DNA of 64,000 bases from Amphiscolops sp. MND2022 (GCA_964187785.1 OZ076410.1:22754001-22818000); one strand, 5' to 3'; positions 1 to 13,867 are shown, counted from the first letter of the stretch. The notes: a model not told the origin generated them from the letters alone. Made by a program: numbers and translations.

Positions 1-266
1 ACTCCGATCATTTTTCAATTAGAACGTTTTTGAAAAAAATATCATTGAATTTTAGACAATCCGCAGAATCAGATGAAATAAAAATCTTTAGAAAAAAAGT
101 TAAAAAAAAACTGCCTAAAACTTGGAAAACAACAAAAATGTTCTTTTTGCGCCTGAGATTTCATTTGATTTGCCAATCAAATTTGGAAATGAGAGCAAAT
201 AAAATATTCCAATTGGTTAATAACAACGCTCAGCGTATAGGGGGCGGTTTCTTAACCACAGTACTG
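1..266 (-). mobile_element. Tc1/mariner-type MITE, partial (runs off left edge); same family as 29832-30502
   Basis: Reverse complement of 1-266 aligns along its length with the left part of 29832-30502 (CAGTACTGTG(G/A)TTAAGAAA.CG.CCCCCTAT...). It ends in CAGTACTG followed by TA at 267-268. Confidence 0.8.
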
Positions 267-469
267 TATATTTCACGTGAGTTTCGACCCTTTTGTTAAA
301 GCCATACTTTTGCCACTGAGATTTGTGCTTCGTTCCAGATCAATCATGTATAAATTAGCATAAAGTATCAGAAATTGATGATTTTCTTCTTCTTCTTACG
401 TTTTCGATAGAAATTGGTACAATGGTCGCGAAGCAGCGAACAAGCTCATCAACAACAGCTCATCATGGA

Positions 470-720
470 TTACGTTATGCTAATGTGCATAATCTGGCGA
501 ACGTATCATTACATGAATGACTTCCATCATTAGCTTCCACAAAATGACTAGTATGAAAATTTTGTTCACCATAAAATGACAACTGTCGTCATTGAAAGGA
601 TTTAATTGGTTGTTTTTTTGTATAGTCATTGTATGGCTGAGTTGTTTTCATACATCATCGTTTATGACTTTTTATGATATCCTGGGAGAATCCTTTTTTG
701 CATAGAGGTCAACCCGGGTA
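470..720 (+). mobile_element. Right-hand remnant of the CCCGGG-ended TIR element family (cf. 36769-37548)
   Basis: Ends GGTCAACCCGGGTA (707-720), identical to 37537-37550. Also shares the TACGTTATGCTAAT and CATAAAATGAC motifs with the 37.3-37.5 kb part of that element. Left boundary is approximate. Confidence 0.55.
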
Positions 721-3700
721 GTCACTGTATTAGTGGGGCACATTCTATTGCGCCAAGAAAAACCATATTTCTCGTTCCAAGAAATAATTTGCTTTGATTT
801 TTCAATGATTCGTTGAGTTCCTAACTAAGGAAGCTCATAAAGAATCAATTATTTCACCTGCTTAGTCCTGAAAATCAATATCATCGACAGTTCTCACATA
901 ATATTCTTAATTGGGAAACACAATTTCAGAAGTTGAGAAGTATTTTGAACAAAGGTGCAAAATATGGATTATCAAAATATGGAAGATCAAGCTTCCATAT
1001 GACTTAACCACAGAAAAATTGTAGATGTGATGTCATCGTACTTATCACGGATGAAAAACGAGTTGAGGATATTAATTTTTGGAATATTTGGTTCTATAGT
1101 CAGATGGAAGCAGGGGAAAACGCACAAAGAGGAAACTCTTTCTATCATACTCCGATATAAAAACAAACCCTTACTCTGGAATTCCGGAAATATCATTACA
1201 CACTATGGTACCAGTAAAGCTCAAACCCAAAAGCTGATAAAAATGTTGCATGCCAAAATTTTGGAATCGCGATGACATATCGTTTAAACTGTATTTGACA
1301 ATTAAAACTGAAGTGGGAAAATCCTATTTAAGAAGTTATTTCACAAAATGTCAGTTTTACAAATATACCAAAAACCAGTGTTCAGAAAAACTCTCGGGAT
1401 ATTTTTGTAACCTTCACACTGTTCTGCAACCTTTGTATTTTCGAAAAGGGAACAGTCGAAAACTCTTGTATTTTTATCGAAAAAATAACTTTACGGCGTG
1501 AGCTTTGAAGAAATCGAATTTTCAGAAAGAGTGTTGAAAGTAAAAGTTAGAAAACAGAGTCAAAGGCGTGTACAAAACTTGTCACTGGCGCTTTCAAAAA
1601 CGACCAGAGCCTCCCGTGATTTCGCTCGATAAGCCTCAAAAACCGCCAAACTTTCCAGTTATATTTTTGGTGCTTTAAAACTTACAAAATTGAGAGACAT
1701 TTGCTCCTGTAATATTTTGCTCAAATAAATTGATAGTTCGTTGTCCAGAGAAATTGTCTGCTCAGTGTTTTTTTTACTAAGGTCACACGAACTATTTTCT
1801 AAAGCGCAGTGTTTTTGCAGTTGTGTTTTTGTTGAGTTCTATGGAGTCCATATGGTGGATCATTGATGAATCATGGTTTAACAACCCGGGTACTGCCGAG
1901 CCGTTGCCCACACAATGCTCACGAAGCGCAAACAATCACTTTCACAAAAAGTTTTACTGCTACTATCTGAGTTATTTCAACTGAAATTAACAAAAGTCGA
2001 AAAGGGACCCGTTGGTGAAACAAAAAATATTTTTAAAAACTCGCACCGTGCCAAAAAAACCTACAGAGAGACATTCTGCTACTTTCTAGCCTTGTAATAT
2101 GGTGCTAGAAACATTTGACTTACTCCACTAACGAAGTTGAACAAATTGATCAAAAATGCGGACGTTTCACGGTGAGCTGAGGAACAAAACTAGTCACGTT
2201 AATAATCTGCTCTTATTCTTTGAAAAAATGCCGGCCAAAAACTACGTATGGACAATCTAAGTTGAGCTTACAGGGGTAAAATTAAAATAATATTTTCACT
2301 CCTGAAAACTACTCCGGTTTCTTGAATGATGGAAGCATTGAGAGATCCGAGAATGCGAAAGGGTTAATGTCAATAGAAAATCTTGAGAAATTTCGAAAAA
2401 TTGGCTCTGAAAGGCAATTGTCTTTCAATTGAAACAACGATCAAAAGTTTTCTGCATTTTATTCAATATCAATATCCTAATACATTATCAAACTGCGTTG
2501 TGCAATAAATTAGGTAAGATATCGCAGAGCAAGACTTAGCCAATTTCTTATCAACTTTCACATTCAATGAGCAAAACCAGTCAATTTCAAAAACCACAAA
2601 TTAGAGATTGCAAGTTCAAACGCAAATAAAATTGTTGCGGTCATGATGCAAAAATTTTACAGCATTCCGTAAGAATCTCTGAATGGGTCTTCTTTTCTGA
2701 TGCACGATGAAAACACGAATTGAAAATGAATTCACTACGTTTTTTTTGCTATCTTTGTTTTTCAACAAGCTTCTGAAAGGAACAATAGTAAAAAAAATCA
2801 ATTTACCAGAGATAAGTAAATTGATTTTTCCAGTTTATCTGTTCTAAGATAAAGCTTCTTGCACTGAATTTCCTTTCCAACAGTTGGCATTAAATTGATG
2901 ACATGTAACGAATGGAGCTCCATTTCAATTATCAACGTTGACTTCAATTCAATTCAAATTTAGAAAAAAAACATCTTGATTCCACGGAAGTTCCCAATCT
3001 TAGTTTTGATGATAACTCCATTTCTCCCCTCCCAAAGAGATTGCGACAAAGTGCTTCAAATTCTCATTTTTCAACTTTTATTCCCCACTTTCTGCCAATA
3101 GATACTACCCTAGTTGAATCTGCTGGGTAGCCTTACACGTTTATTAAGGTTGCCAAACTTTTTAGAGTGATTTTGGGGGGTTTCATAGAGAATCATGCAA
3201 GTAAACTTTTCCCTGATGCAATGCTTTTCTTCAAGTATTTATTAGCATTTCTAAAAATTTCGCGTTTTCAGAGCAACATCAAAGAAATTAAAGAAAAAAT
3301 AGCAGCGAAATATTGCAAGTTTTCGCGGGCAAAACCTCAAAGTTTGTAAGTGCAGACGCTACGAAATGACATAAGCAAATATTCAACTAACGCCAGTGTG
3401 GCAAAGAAATTCGTACAACTGGAATTTTTTCGGTGGAAAAATTTTTGGCATGAAAACTGTTCACCAACTGTTCATCAAAAAGGATTAGGCAAAAATCATC
3501 ACTTATTGGATTTGGAAAAACAAACATTCCCATTATAGTTCTACACACCTTTTTTAGGGAACTAATTTAGAAGGGAATATCAACATGAGGCTGTTTTGAT
3601 TGATTGAAATTTCAATTTTTTCCAATCTTTTTCAGCGCCAAAATCTTCAAAAAATCTGAAAAACTAACGAAAAGGACTATTAGGGGTTTTTGCGTGCATT

Positions 3701-3840
3701 TCTGTTGCAGTTTTTTTGCATGTGTTGAAAAATTTGGTGTTTTTCGAAGGAAAAAAATCAATAAAGTTTTCAGGAAAGGAAAACTCTAATCCAAGAAGTT
3801 CAGTCAAATTTCGGGCCATTGCTCTCTGATCACTTCTTGT

Positions 3841-4190
3841 AGAAAAGACCTAAATACTGTATTTGTTTTGGAATAACGTCTAAATCACTCTTTTTTGGAA
3901 GAATAAGACCTAAAAACACTGTATTTCATTGGAATAATTTCTGAAAATAACCGTATTTTGGTAGTATAACGTTTAAAACCACTATTTTTGTGGAATAACG
4001 TCAAAACTCACTATATTTGTGGAATAACGTCTAAAATCACTCTTTTTTGGTAGAATAAGATCCAAAAACACTGTATTTCACTGGAATAATTTCTAAAGCA
4101 ACTGTATTTTGATAGAATAACGTCTAAAATCACTATTTTTGAAGAATAACGTCTAAAATCACTTTTTTGGGGAAAAACGTCGTATTTTTT
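3841..4190. repeat. Minisatellite, ~30-bp monomer (GGAATAACGTCTAAAATCACTATTTTT-like), about 11-12 units
   Basis: Directly visible tandem GAATAA(C/G)(G/A)TCTAAAA..CAC units. Confidence 0.9.
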
Positions 4191-4799
4191 TTGTTATCGA
4201 AATTTTTCTTCATTTATCTAAATGCAATTTTAGCAAAAATGTCGAAGAACCCTATCCTGAACCAATGCTTTTGAATTGTTTGAAAACCTTGCTTTTAGTC
4301 TTGCTTTGTATCAAAGTATCGAATGTTTTAGAAGCTCTTGTTTCAGACTCTCCAACCATGGTAGTTTTCTGGTCTCGTCGTCCTTGCAGTTGGAGTGCTT
4401 CAAGCGAGGCCGCAGTTCTAACTGTCGTTTGAGACGTGGAAATTGGTCTGATTTTGCAGGTTTCTGAATCTACGACCTCGTTTTCGCCTAAGCAACTTCT
4501 TATGATTTGACTATAAATAAATTTGAATACTGATGAATTGTGTTTTGTGTTTCTTTTTCTCATTTTGTGATGGTTGAATTGATTTTTCCCATTGGATTGA
4601 CTTTTTGATGAACTACATTAGGTTTCAAGATGGACAGAAAGCGTTTGAATAAGTTTTTCAAAGTTTTTTGCAGGTTTAAGATCGATCGGAGCCTTCGTTT
4701 TCTTGCTTCCTATTTTTTAAAGAAATTCTGTAAACTGCTTGGAAGTTTTTTCAAAGTGCATGGAAGTGCTTTAAGCATTTTACAAACTGCTTGGACGTT

Positions 4800-4910
4800 T
4801 TCCAAAGTTTTTCCATGCATGCTGCCTTAATTTTCCATGTTTTGTAAAAAAAAAGCCTGTATGTTTCCATGCAGCATGTAAAAAGTTCAAGCAATCTCGA
4901 CTAGGTAGAC
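4800..4910 (-). repeat. Dispersed repeat; related copies at ~43555-43650 (+) and, more diverged, ~52490-52565
   Basis: Reverse complement reads AGTCGAGATTGCTTGAACTTTTTACATGCTGCATGGAAACAT...TACAAAACATGGAAAATT, matching 43556-43630. Confidence 0.7.
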
Positions 4911-7900
4911 GAAACAATACGGCGTGAGCAAATAGTCTATGTATGCAAGTGTGGCAAACAATTTCGTAAAACTGGAACTTTTCTCTCTTTTTTTGTACGC
5001 AAACTGGTAACGAAACGCAATATTCATCACTTCCTGGGTTTGGGAAAGAGAAAAAAACGTCGAGTATTACCTTCTTCAATGTTTTTGAAAAGGATTACTT
5101 CGAGAGCGGAATATTAATTTCAGCTGTTTTGATGAGCTATTATAAATTATTTGTTTCCATTGCTGAAGCTAGTAACAAAACATAAAAAGCTAAAAAATTG
5201 ATTATTAGTGACTTTTACGAGCATTGTCGTATGAATTTATCAAAAGTTATGATTTTTTTTGATTTTTTTTAAATATTCGTCAAAAAATGCCGAGGGGACG
5301 GAACAAGATCTAACGCCTACATTTGACAACCCTCCAGTTGGAAAAAAAAGAAGAACTGGAGAGAAAAGAAAAAACCCTGAGAAACTCGAAAGAAAAACGA
5401 GACAAAAGACTCTTGGGCAGGTGCTATTCGCACTTTGATCATAATTGCAGTGTATTATTAAACTATTGAAATAGCAAAATCTAACTGAAATTAACTACGG
5501 GTTACTATGACGCTTTTGGTTTGATTCTGGTTTACTTGACAGCTGCGTGGCTAGCCATACTGTGCATTGCATATGATTATGTTTGTAGAGATGTTAACTG
5601 TTCAACTCGTGAGCTACTTATTGTTGTGGTTTTATGATACCACACCCTCAAGTTTCTCCATGCTCGCAATGGTAAGGTTGCTGCAAGAGCTGACGAGCCA
5701 GTTTTGTCATTACTGGAACAAGCAAAAAACTCTTCTCCTGGCCAATTAATCCTTCAAAATTCCATAACTATCGAACTTTTCAAGAAGTTCAAATTATCAA
5801 GCTTAAGTAATCCAACATTTGAATTACGACTATGTTGAAATCCAGTAGAAAACTGGCATTAACCACATTTTATGATACTCTTCTAACTATATTGACTATA
5901 TTGAACATATGTGAAAATTTTAATTGAATTGGTATGTCAGAAAATCTTGATGCATATAGAAGACTTCATTATTAGTTTCAGGAGACTACCAGAGTTTAAT
6001 CTTGAAAAAGTTAAAAGAAGCAAAAAAAACTCGACCACTTTTCAAAATATGAGTGAAGGTTTTACGAAAATGTAATCTGAAGAGGTCAAATTGCGGGTTA
6101 AAAAGTCAATAAAGTGGCATGGACTTGATGTACAATGGTTGAAAAAAATCAATTAATCAAATATTTTTACTCAATTTTTCCGACTTGAAGGAGATTATTT
6201 AACTTCTATTGCTCTGAAGAAACAAGGAAAATAAATGGAAGAAAAAAGTGGGAGGGATTTGGAGTTTCAGGCAAAAAATTAATGGCACTATAATGAGGAA
6301 GCTGTTGTCAGAAATGGTCTTCTTTCGCTTGGTAATTTATTCGAATTCTAGCCTCTTCAATCCATGGAGGATAATTACAATCGAAGAAGAATCCGTTTGA
6401 ACAAAATATACGGGGAATCATTTGTTATCAAGAGAAGCGTATTTCCTGCCAAAGATTAAAAATGCTTCCATCAATTAACTGAATATATTTTCGGAGCCAT
6501 TTACTGAAGTTTTTTACTGTTATTTGAGCATATATGGTCAAAGACCAGTAAAAAACGTCAGTAAATGGCTCGAAAATGTGGTATGATTGTATTTGAGAAA
6601 AGGCTCTGTTCAGTCAATAGAATTGGAGAAAAGTGTTCATTTTCATTTTCATGGCAAGAAATTTTCCCAACGTTAAAAGCTTTTCAAAAATAGAATCGAG
6701 TGAGCATTTCTAGGCAACTGTTATGTTTTTTGAGAGAAATAAACAGTCTTTTGCCAATTGTTGAGTTTCAGAATCACTCCAAAGAAACGTCTTTCTCGGA
6801 TGAACTACTGCCAACGAAACTAATTCAGATTATCTAGTTCAAATTAACTTTAAAATACAACTAGACTAGTTACCGTTTGTTTCAATGTTGAAAAGTTTAC
6901 CATGACAAGGCGCTCACTGAAACCCCAAAAATGTCAAAATTTCCAGTATTTTTCAATCATTTTATGCTATTTTTGTTAAGTTTTTGAAAGATGTATGAGT
7001 ATCCACAGAGTTGAAGGACAAACAATTTGGTTTTTCAAATACTTTTGAGTAAAGTAATATGAAAGTTTGTTTAGTCAAAAAAAGAAAAAATTGACGTAAA
7101 AAGTGTCAAAGTTTTTCCTTTGCCAACTTTTTCTGAAAGTTTCGTTTTTATTGGCTCCGCTCAAGACTCAGGATTATACCGTGGCTAAAATAGTTCAGGA
7201 CGGAAGTTATTCCGGTACTCAACAGGCGTCTTGTTCCCATCAAGAATTTCTTTTTTCGAAAACTATGGTATGGGGCCAATTGTGTTCCCATGAATAACAC
7301 CCCCTCCATTTTTGAAAGTACCAGCTCCGATATAAAAAATGGCACTGAAATAGCCTGGTAGAAATGAAATGCTTTCGTTACGGTGTCCTTATTTCGGACA
7401 AGAGCATCAAAAGCGAGCGTAGCACTTAGCCCCCAGGCATTTAAAAAAACTCCCGTTATCCAAAATTTTCAAGGTTCCTCAGTATCAGACTTATGATAGC
7501 CTCAGTATTTTTGAACCGAAAGGACAAAAAAATAGTAGGTGGGACGAAAATACAACAGCGTCTAAGGTCAAAAAGATTAGTGCCAATTTTGATACAAAAA
7601 TGAAATGGATCTTTGTACAAGTTTCCTGGATTCTAAAGAGTAACGGGGAATTAACAAAGATTGGAATAAGACTCAAATAATTTCATGTCTGGCGGGGAAG
7701 AAGTTCATCTTAACGAAAAACGCTAGGGGGCAATGTTTCACTGTCAATTGAAAAATGTTTAAACGCTTTTCCATAACTTTGTACTGGCTTTAGAAGGCTC
7801 TTCCGAATTTCTTTCCCGATTATTATTTGAACTTCAAAATTTTTTTAGCGTTGAAGAGTAGATTTTTTTTCTAAATTTTTTGATGCCAGGGCTAATTAGG

Positions 7901-9182
7901 CATCGAGATTCTAGATTGGAAAAGGAGAAGAAAGGAAAACAAACACGACTTTTGGTTTGTTTGAAGATGTTCCCACAGAACTTCAATGATTTTGATCAAT
8001 GAAATTAGTTTCAAACAATTCCAAGACCTTATTCAATTTTTATTGATTTTTTTGAGTGAATTAATGTTGCTTTCCTTTGATTTAGATGTGTTTTTTGCTG
8101 CAGGAACATGACCAAATCAAACCGAATTTTAATATCTGAACAAACATTTGCAAAAACAGTCAAAAAATGTAGTCCCCGAAGTCAGTTGCTTTTGTTATTT
8201 CAAAAACGTCTTCTGGTTTCAGGAAAATTCATCGTTTTATCAACTTTCAGTTTGCTTCCATTAAAATTGTTTTCTTTGATCAAATCAAGAGATGCATGCT
8301 TTTTGTTCAGTAGTTTTTTTGTTGATAGTTTGAATGAAAGCGAATCCTCAGCATTTCTAGTTCTTTGCGGGTTTATGATTGGTTTTCAGCCGTAGGCAGA
8401 TGGAAAGGTTTTTCCCGAAAATATGAGAAAAAAGTCGATTTCTTCATTGTTTTGAAAATAGAGGACTTTGGGTTAATTCTTTAGTTTCGTTTTCAAGCAG
8501 AACGTTTTATGCGATTATGACAGAATGTTCACGCAATTATGCAAATTGGACTAATTTTGAAAGGCTTTAAAAAGAATGCATATTCTTCGGATGTAGTAAT
8601 CCTTAAAGTGTAAAGTTGAAAAAATCTGTTGGTTGAAAAAGGAAGTAATTAGGACAATTGTTCCAGAAACCTTAAAAGCACAGGAAAAGTAATTTTGAAG
8701 CCAATTATTCAAAAGATCGATTTCGAATGGTTTCTATTCAAAACAAGGAAAATAAACTAAAATCCAAGAATTCCCGTCACAGTAAGGAAAACTATTAATT
8801 GTTCATGAACAACTAATTCGTATCGGAAAAATAATGCTTCTTTTTTTCATTGTATGGAAAATGAAAGCTATAAAGTTTGAGTTATAAAGGGATCATTCTT
8901 TAAAAAATTACAATTCAAATGGAATGCGACACTCATATTAGAATTGCACAAAAAGGGCTCAAGCTTCTATTCGAATTCTTTTCAAATTTGGAAATTTGTA
9001 AGGAATAGGATCATTCTATCCCTTTTTAGAAACTTCAAAAGAAACTATTTTTGGGATCGAAATACTTCATCTATCGTTACCTGGGCTAGGCATTATTTTG
9101 AAAGAGTACTGAGTTCGCACGTAAATTTGTTGCTCTGAATTGATTCATTTTTCAAATAAATTATTGACGAAAAATTTAGCTA

Positions 9183-9764
9183 CAAAGTGTTTTTTTTTAG
9201 TTGTCACACTTTTGTTTTTAAATATCTCGTTGACCAGTTAAGCTACTAAGATGAAATTTTGCATGCATGAAGCCAAGATAATAGAAGAAAGATCTATAAC
9301 AAAAAATTGCTTCAATTCAATTTACTTCAACCGTAACAGATAGTTAAATTTTTCGCTGGGTTTTAGAAAGCGGCTCAATGTGTTCACCGTGTTTTTCCAC
9401 CACCAATTTGCAACGGTGTAACAGATTCGCCCAAACTCGCAAAAATAGACCTGTATCGCCTCGAATATCGTCAAAAGCGCTCTTGATCCGATCTTTTAAG
9501 CCGCGTATAGTGGTTGCTTTGACGTCCTTGAAGACCCTTTCTTTCAGCATTGTGCAAAGTGGTGTTTTATCACGGCGGTTTTTGAATCGGAAGTAAAATT
9601 CTTTCACATGTTGTGAAACGAGGTAACGTTAGTAATCGTTTCATGTTAACACAAACGCTCTTCTATTATCTTAGCTCGACACATGCAAAAGTTCGTATTC
9701 CTAGCTCCACGTCAAGGGAAGTTATTGCAATTCAAAAGTGTGACAACTAAAAAAAAACACTTTG
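9183..9764 (-). mobile_element. Internally deleted Tc1/mariner element retaining a transposase C-terminal fragment
   Basis: 32-bp TIRs CAAAGTGTTTTTTTTTAGTTGTCACACTTTTG / CAAAAGTGTGACAACTAAAAAAAAACACTTTG with TA on both sides (9181-9182, 9765-9766). Minus ORF 9344-9607 ends ...TTIRGLKDRIKSAFDDI...LRVWANLLHRCKLVVEKHGEHIE, typical of the Tc1/mariner C-terminus. No DDE/D core is present. Confidence 0.85.
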
Positions 9765-10360
9765 TATATGACGCTAGATTGAATGAACACTCAGCTTTTA
9801 AAATCCAAGTGGACACGGCGTCGAAAACGTGAACGTTTTTTATCACTGGTAGGATCGGTAAACGAATATGTAAGAAGGAAACCTGGAAAAAGGTGAAGCG
9901 TGATATTCTCACATTAAATTGAGGCTCTAAATCTCGTAAAATAAAACGATTGAGTGTTTCCTGATAAGGCACAGCGGCAACTCATATCGAGTTTTCACTG
10001 TTCCGACGGTCTAAAAACGTAATTAACATAAGTCTTTCTAGCATATGTGCCACGCGCAAAAGCCATGGGAATTTTATAAAACACCAGAATCTAAAATTTC
10101 CACACATTTGAAAAAGCGACAACTCATATCCATTTGAAAAAGCGACAACACATTTCAAGCGATGACTCATATCAATAAAAAAACAACAACTATCAGGTTT
10201 GCCAAATACCAATTACGAGGGTATTGGAAGTATAATTAGCTGCAATTAGGAATTCCAAAGATTACTTGGAATTATTTCGCATTTTATGCGCTCCACTAAC
10301 AATTAATTTCTCTGCAACCCTTATGGATGAAGCTGATGAGGAAAAGAAAGTCAATTTCAC

Positions 10361-10735
10361 GGGAGCGCGACAAAACAGCCGATTTTAAACGGGACAAATC
10401 AGCCGATTTCCAAAATAGAACAAAACAGCTGATTTTGAAACAGTACAAAATTGCCGATTGATAAAAATAAAAATCGCCGATTTTGTCAATGCGTAAGATT
10501 AGCAGTCAATAAAATTTTTATTATAACGTAGTTAGCTATGTTAACATACCTAGTGCCCTAAATGCAGGAGCGAAGCGAAGCGGAGCGACGTGCCATATGG
10601 CCATGCCTCAATGTTGCTACTTGGCGAAAAGCGAAGCACTCATTTTGTTCCGTTTCGAAAATCGGCTGTTTTGTCTCGTTCTGAAAATCGGCTGTTTTGT
10701 CTCGTTTAAAAAGTGGCTGTTTTGTCCCGCATCCC
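10361..10735. mobile_element. Foldback-like TIR element with inverted arrays of ~24-bp subterminal repeats
   Basis: Left end GGGAGCGCGACAAAACAGCCGATTTTAAACGGGACAAA; right end TTTGTCTCGTTTAAAAAGTGGCTGTTTTGTCCCGCATCCC. The motif ACAAAACAGCCGATTT is repeated forward on the left and reversed on the right. No TSD recognised. Confidence 0.7.
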
Positions 10736-11103
10736 TATTACAACACTGATATTTTACAAAAAATCTCGTTACTGTTTCATAATTTCTAATATTTGCTTAT
10801 CAATTAACTAATTTCCTCTAATGATCTAATTATTTAGTTCGAATTTCCCTATATTTTCCTAACTAGATTTTAACTTCTGATATAAATTTTGATTGATATG
10901 ATTCATCGCTTGACATGAGATGTCGCGTTTTCAAATTGAAAGGAGTTTCCACCTGAGATGAGCTGTCGCTTGATATGAGTTGCCTGCATACAGTTGATAA
11001 ACTCCAATCGGAAGTAGAATTTAATCATGTACAGGATTTGAACCCAAATACTCCTGCTTCAAATCCACTAACTCTAATCACTTGGTCGAGTGATGGGAAC
11101 TGT

Positions 11104-11593
11104 CCAGGTTTTCGATCTTTGCGACAGATCTGCGGGAGTTTTTCTGCAGGTTCTGCAAAGATCGTTGCACTGAATCTTGAAGATATATACAGATCTGCAG
11201 GATCTTTACAGAAGTGTGCAGATTTTCTCTAAAGATTTCTGCAGAAATATGTTTTTCTGCAGCTTCTAAGGAACAAATGTACTGCATTTTTGGACTTCTT
11301 TAACTACTTTATCAACTGTTTCAGCTGACCAAGACTCAGTCAAATGATACTCTCGATCACTCAAAATTCTCGAGAAAGAAAATTCTGTACTGATTGCTGC
11401 AGAAAATTGTTTCATCTCGACATAAATGAGATTTCTCTCGAGTTTCAAACATTTTCATTATTCGTTTGACATTGCTGTGGGGTTTTATTGTGTTTTTGAG
11501 TAGGTCCTTTTTCTTCGAATCTGCACATATCTGCAAAGATCTGAAAAAAAAAACCTGCAGATCTGCACAGATTCGCAAAGATCAAAAACCTGG
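11104..11593. mobile_element. Putative MITE with ~20-bp TIRs and internal GCAGATCTGCA-type repeats
   Basis: CCAGGTTTTCGATCTTTGCG at 11104 vs CGCAAAGATCAAAAACCTGG ending at 11593. No TSD recognised. Confidence 0.55.
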
Positions 11594-12199
11594 GTGACAG
11601 TATGCTTCTGACAGTACTTTCCGGCAAAACTTGTAAAAAAAACAAAGAAGAACCCGGCTAAATCTGCGAACAGTTCAGTCACCCTTTCTATGAGTGATAC
11701 TTTTTTTGCAAAGGTAGTTTTTTCAAGGTGCATTCGTGTTTCATTCGGAAGCATTCCACGTTGATCCATTAAACGACGTCAAGAAAAAGTAAGTATAGAA
11801 TAATATGTTTTGGTGAAAATTAATATGAAAACTCAAGAAAGTTCATGATTGAAAGCGTTTATTGACTACGTTATGTTAACGTGTCATTTATGCGTAGGGG
11901 TTGTCAAAAACTAATTGACACTTACATTACCAATTCATTACAATCAATTAAATGATTTTGGCTTTTTACAATTAAAAATAGTTTATTGAAAGTTAGCCAA
12001 TTAATTGCAATGTAATTGTATAAAATTTGTATGCAATAAACTGCTGGCCATCCAGGCGATATTGTTTGTTTAGGAGGCATGAACGCGTGAACAAATATGT
12101 GCGACGTTTCTCACGCTGCGGGGTGTATTTGGAGACTTGCACACTACCAAACCACTGCATCTGCTTGCTTGTTATGGATTCCATGTCTTTGGCTATAGT

Positions 12200-12865
12200 T
12201 GTCATAACTCTTATGGTTGCAGATCGACTGTACTATGGACCAAACTTGGTTCAGCCTATGGTCCGTTTGGTTCCATGAACAGGGGTTACCAAAAATCAAT
12301 TGCGCAAAAAAGTCAATTATTTGGCGAAAAAAATAATTGCAATTAAATATAATGACAAATCAATTTATTTGGTCAAAATAAATTAATTGCAATTAATTGC
12401 GCGACAAACTAACTTTTCGTCCCAGTACTTTTTGAGGAACAATCGCATCTCCAGATTCGAAGGATTCAGTGCCTGTCTGATTTTCCATCTTCTTCATTTT
12501 TTAATTTGAAATACTTTAAGCAAATATCTTTATAAAGATAGTTGCTTAAAGTATTTCAAATTAAAAAATGAAGAAGATGGAAAATCAGACAGGCACTGAA
12601 TCCTTCGAATCTGGAGATGCGATTGTTCCTCAAAAAGTACTGGGACGAAAAGTTAGTTTGTCGCGCAATTAATTGCAATTAATTTATTTTGACTAAATAA
12701 ATTGATTTGTCATTATATTTAATTGCAATTATTTTTTTCGCCAAATAATTGACTTTTTTGCGCAATTGATTTTTGGTAACCCCTGTTGATGGAACCAAAC
12801 GGACCATAGGCTGAACCAAGTTTGGTCCATAGTACAGTCGATCTGCAACCATAAGAGTTATGACA
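12200..12865. repeat. 666-bp near-perfect spacerless palindrome
   Basis: Axis between 12532 and 12533 (TATCTTTA|TAAAGATA). The two 333-bp arms are reverse complements with about 3 mismatches. Confidence 0.95.
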
Positions 12866-13127
12866 GTCTATAATTATATGACAGTCCATGGTTAGCCTCA
12901 AATCATTCAGCAACTATTCTGACAGATTATGATCAGCATTTTGGCGTGGGAAAAAAACTCGGATCAACAATTTATTATGTTCATTTGACGTTTTATACGT
13001 GACGAATGGACTTTTGTAGTAAATGCTCTAATTGGTCAATTATCACGCCTCATAAATCGCAGGCCATATGCCACATTTTATCAGCATGAATTGATTTTGT
13101 AACGTCTATCTTTTGGGGAAGTATGTT

Positions 13128-13867
13128 CCCGAGTTGACAACCCAGGGAAATCCATCGGTGCCACTTTGGTCGCCACGACAGTTTTTGCGATGGCCACCAG
13201 TGGCCCATCGGTGGATATCGGTGGCCACCGATGGACCATCGGTGGGCTACGGTGGGCCACTGGAGGGACGTCGATGAAAGGTCCCCAAAGGTTGGTTCCC
13301 CTGCAGGAATACTTTAGAAGTACAGGCATGCATGCACTGATCATTTTAGATAAATTTTGGAAAGTGGCAATGAGCAAGATCATTAGTAAAGTCCTACAGA
13401 ACTAAGTGAAAACTAATTCATTGAAAAAGACTGTTGGATATCTACCGACTGAAAACAGTCGACACTAGCGGTGCTACCAACGAGCAGGTGCATCAAAAAG
13501 CCTAAAATTACAGAAAACACCACCGGAATAAGATCTAAAATCACCGAAAAAACACCGGACTAAGATCTAAAGTTAAATGAAAAAACCACTGGAATAAGAT
13601 CTAAAATCACGCAAAAAATCACTGGATAACCAGTGGAAAATATTTTCGGACACGTTCTGAAACTGCAAACAGGGATTACAGATACTTCAGAACTGGTCCT
13701 GATAATTTTCCCATTTTGTTGCATCAGGGCGGCGAATAACGTCTGAAGATATTTCGTGTAGTGAATCTTTTCAGTTACTAGAAATTTTGAACGAAATTTT
13801 CATTTTTGAAATTTTCGAATTTTCCACCGATGGCCACCGATGGATTTCCCCGTGTTGTCAGTACGAG
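13128..13867. mobile_element. TIR element with CCACCGATGG/GGCCAC subterminal repeats; relative at ~21589-21725
   Basis: Left CCCGAGTTGACAACCCAGGGAAATCCATCGGTG vs right CACCGATGGATTTCCCCGTGTTGTCAGTACGAG. A similar end, CCCGTACTGACAACCC, occurs at 21589. Confidence 0.65.

Noticed and set aside
11266-11448. SRILSDREYHLTES as Galpha-o exon 4 (cf. RSREYQLNDS)
   Set aside because: Similarity is limited to a few residues in a region that is normally near-invariant. The flanks do not match, and it lies inside a TIR element.
11993-12913. Duplicated small ORFs (…NSYGCRSTVLWTKLGSAYGPFGS…)
   Set aside because: They are a by-product of the palindrome and show no protein-like features.
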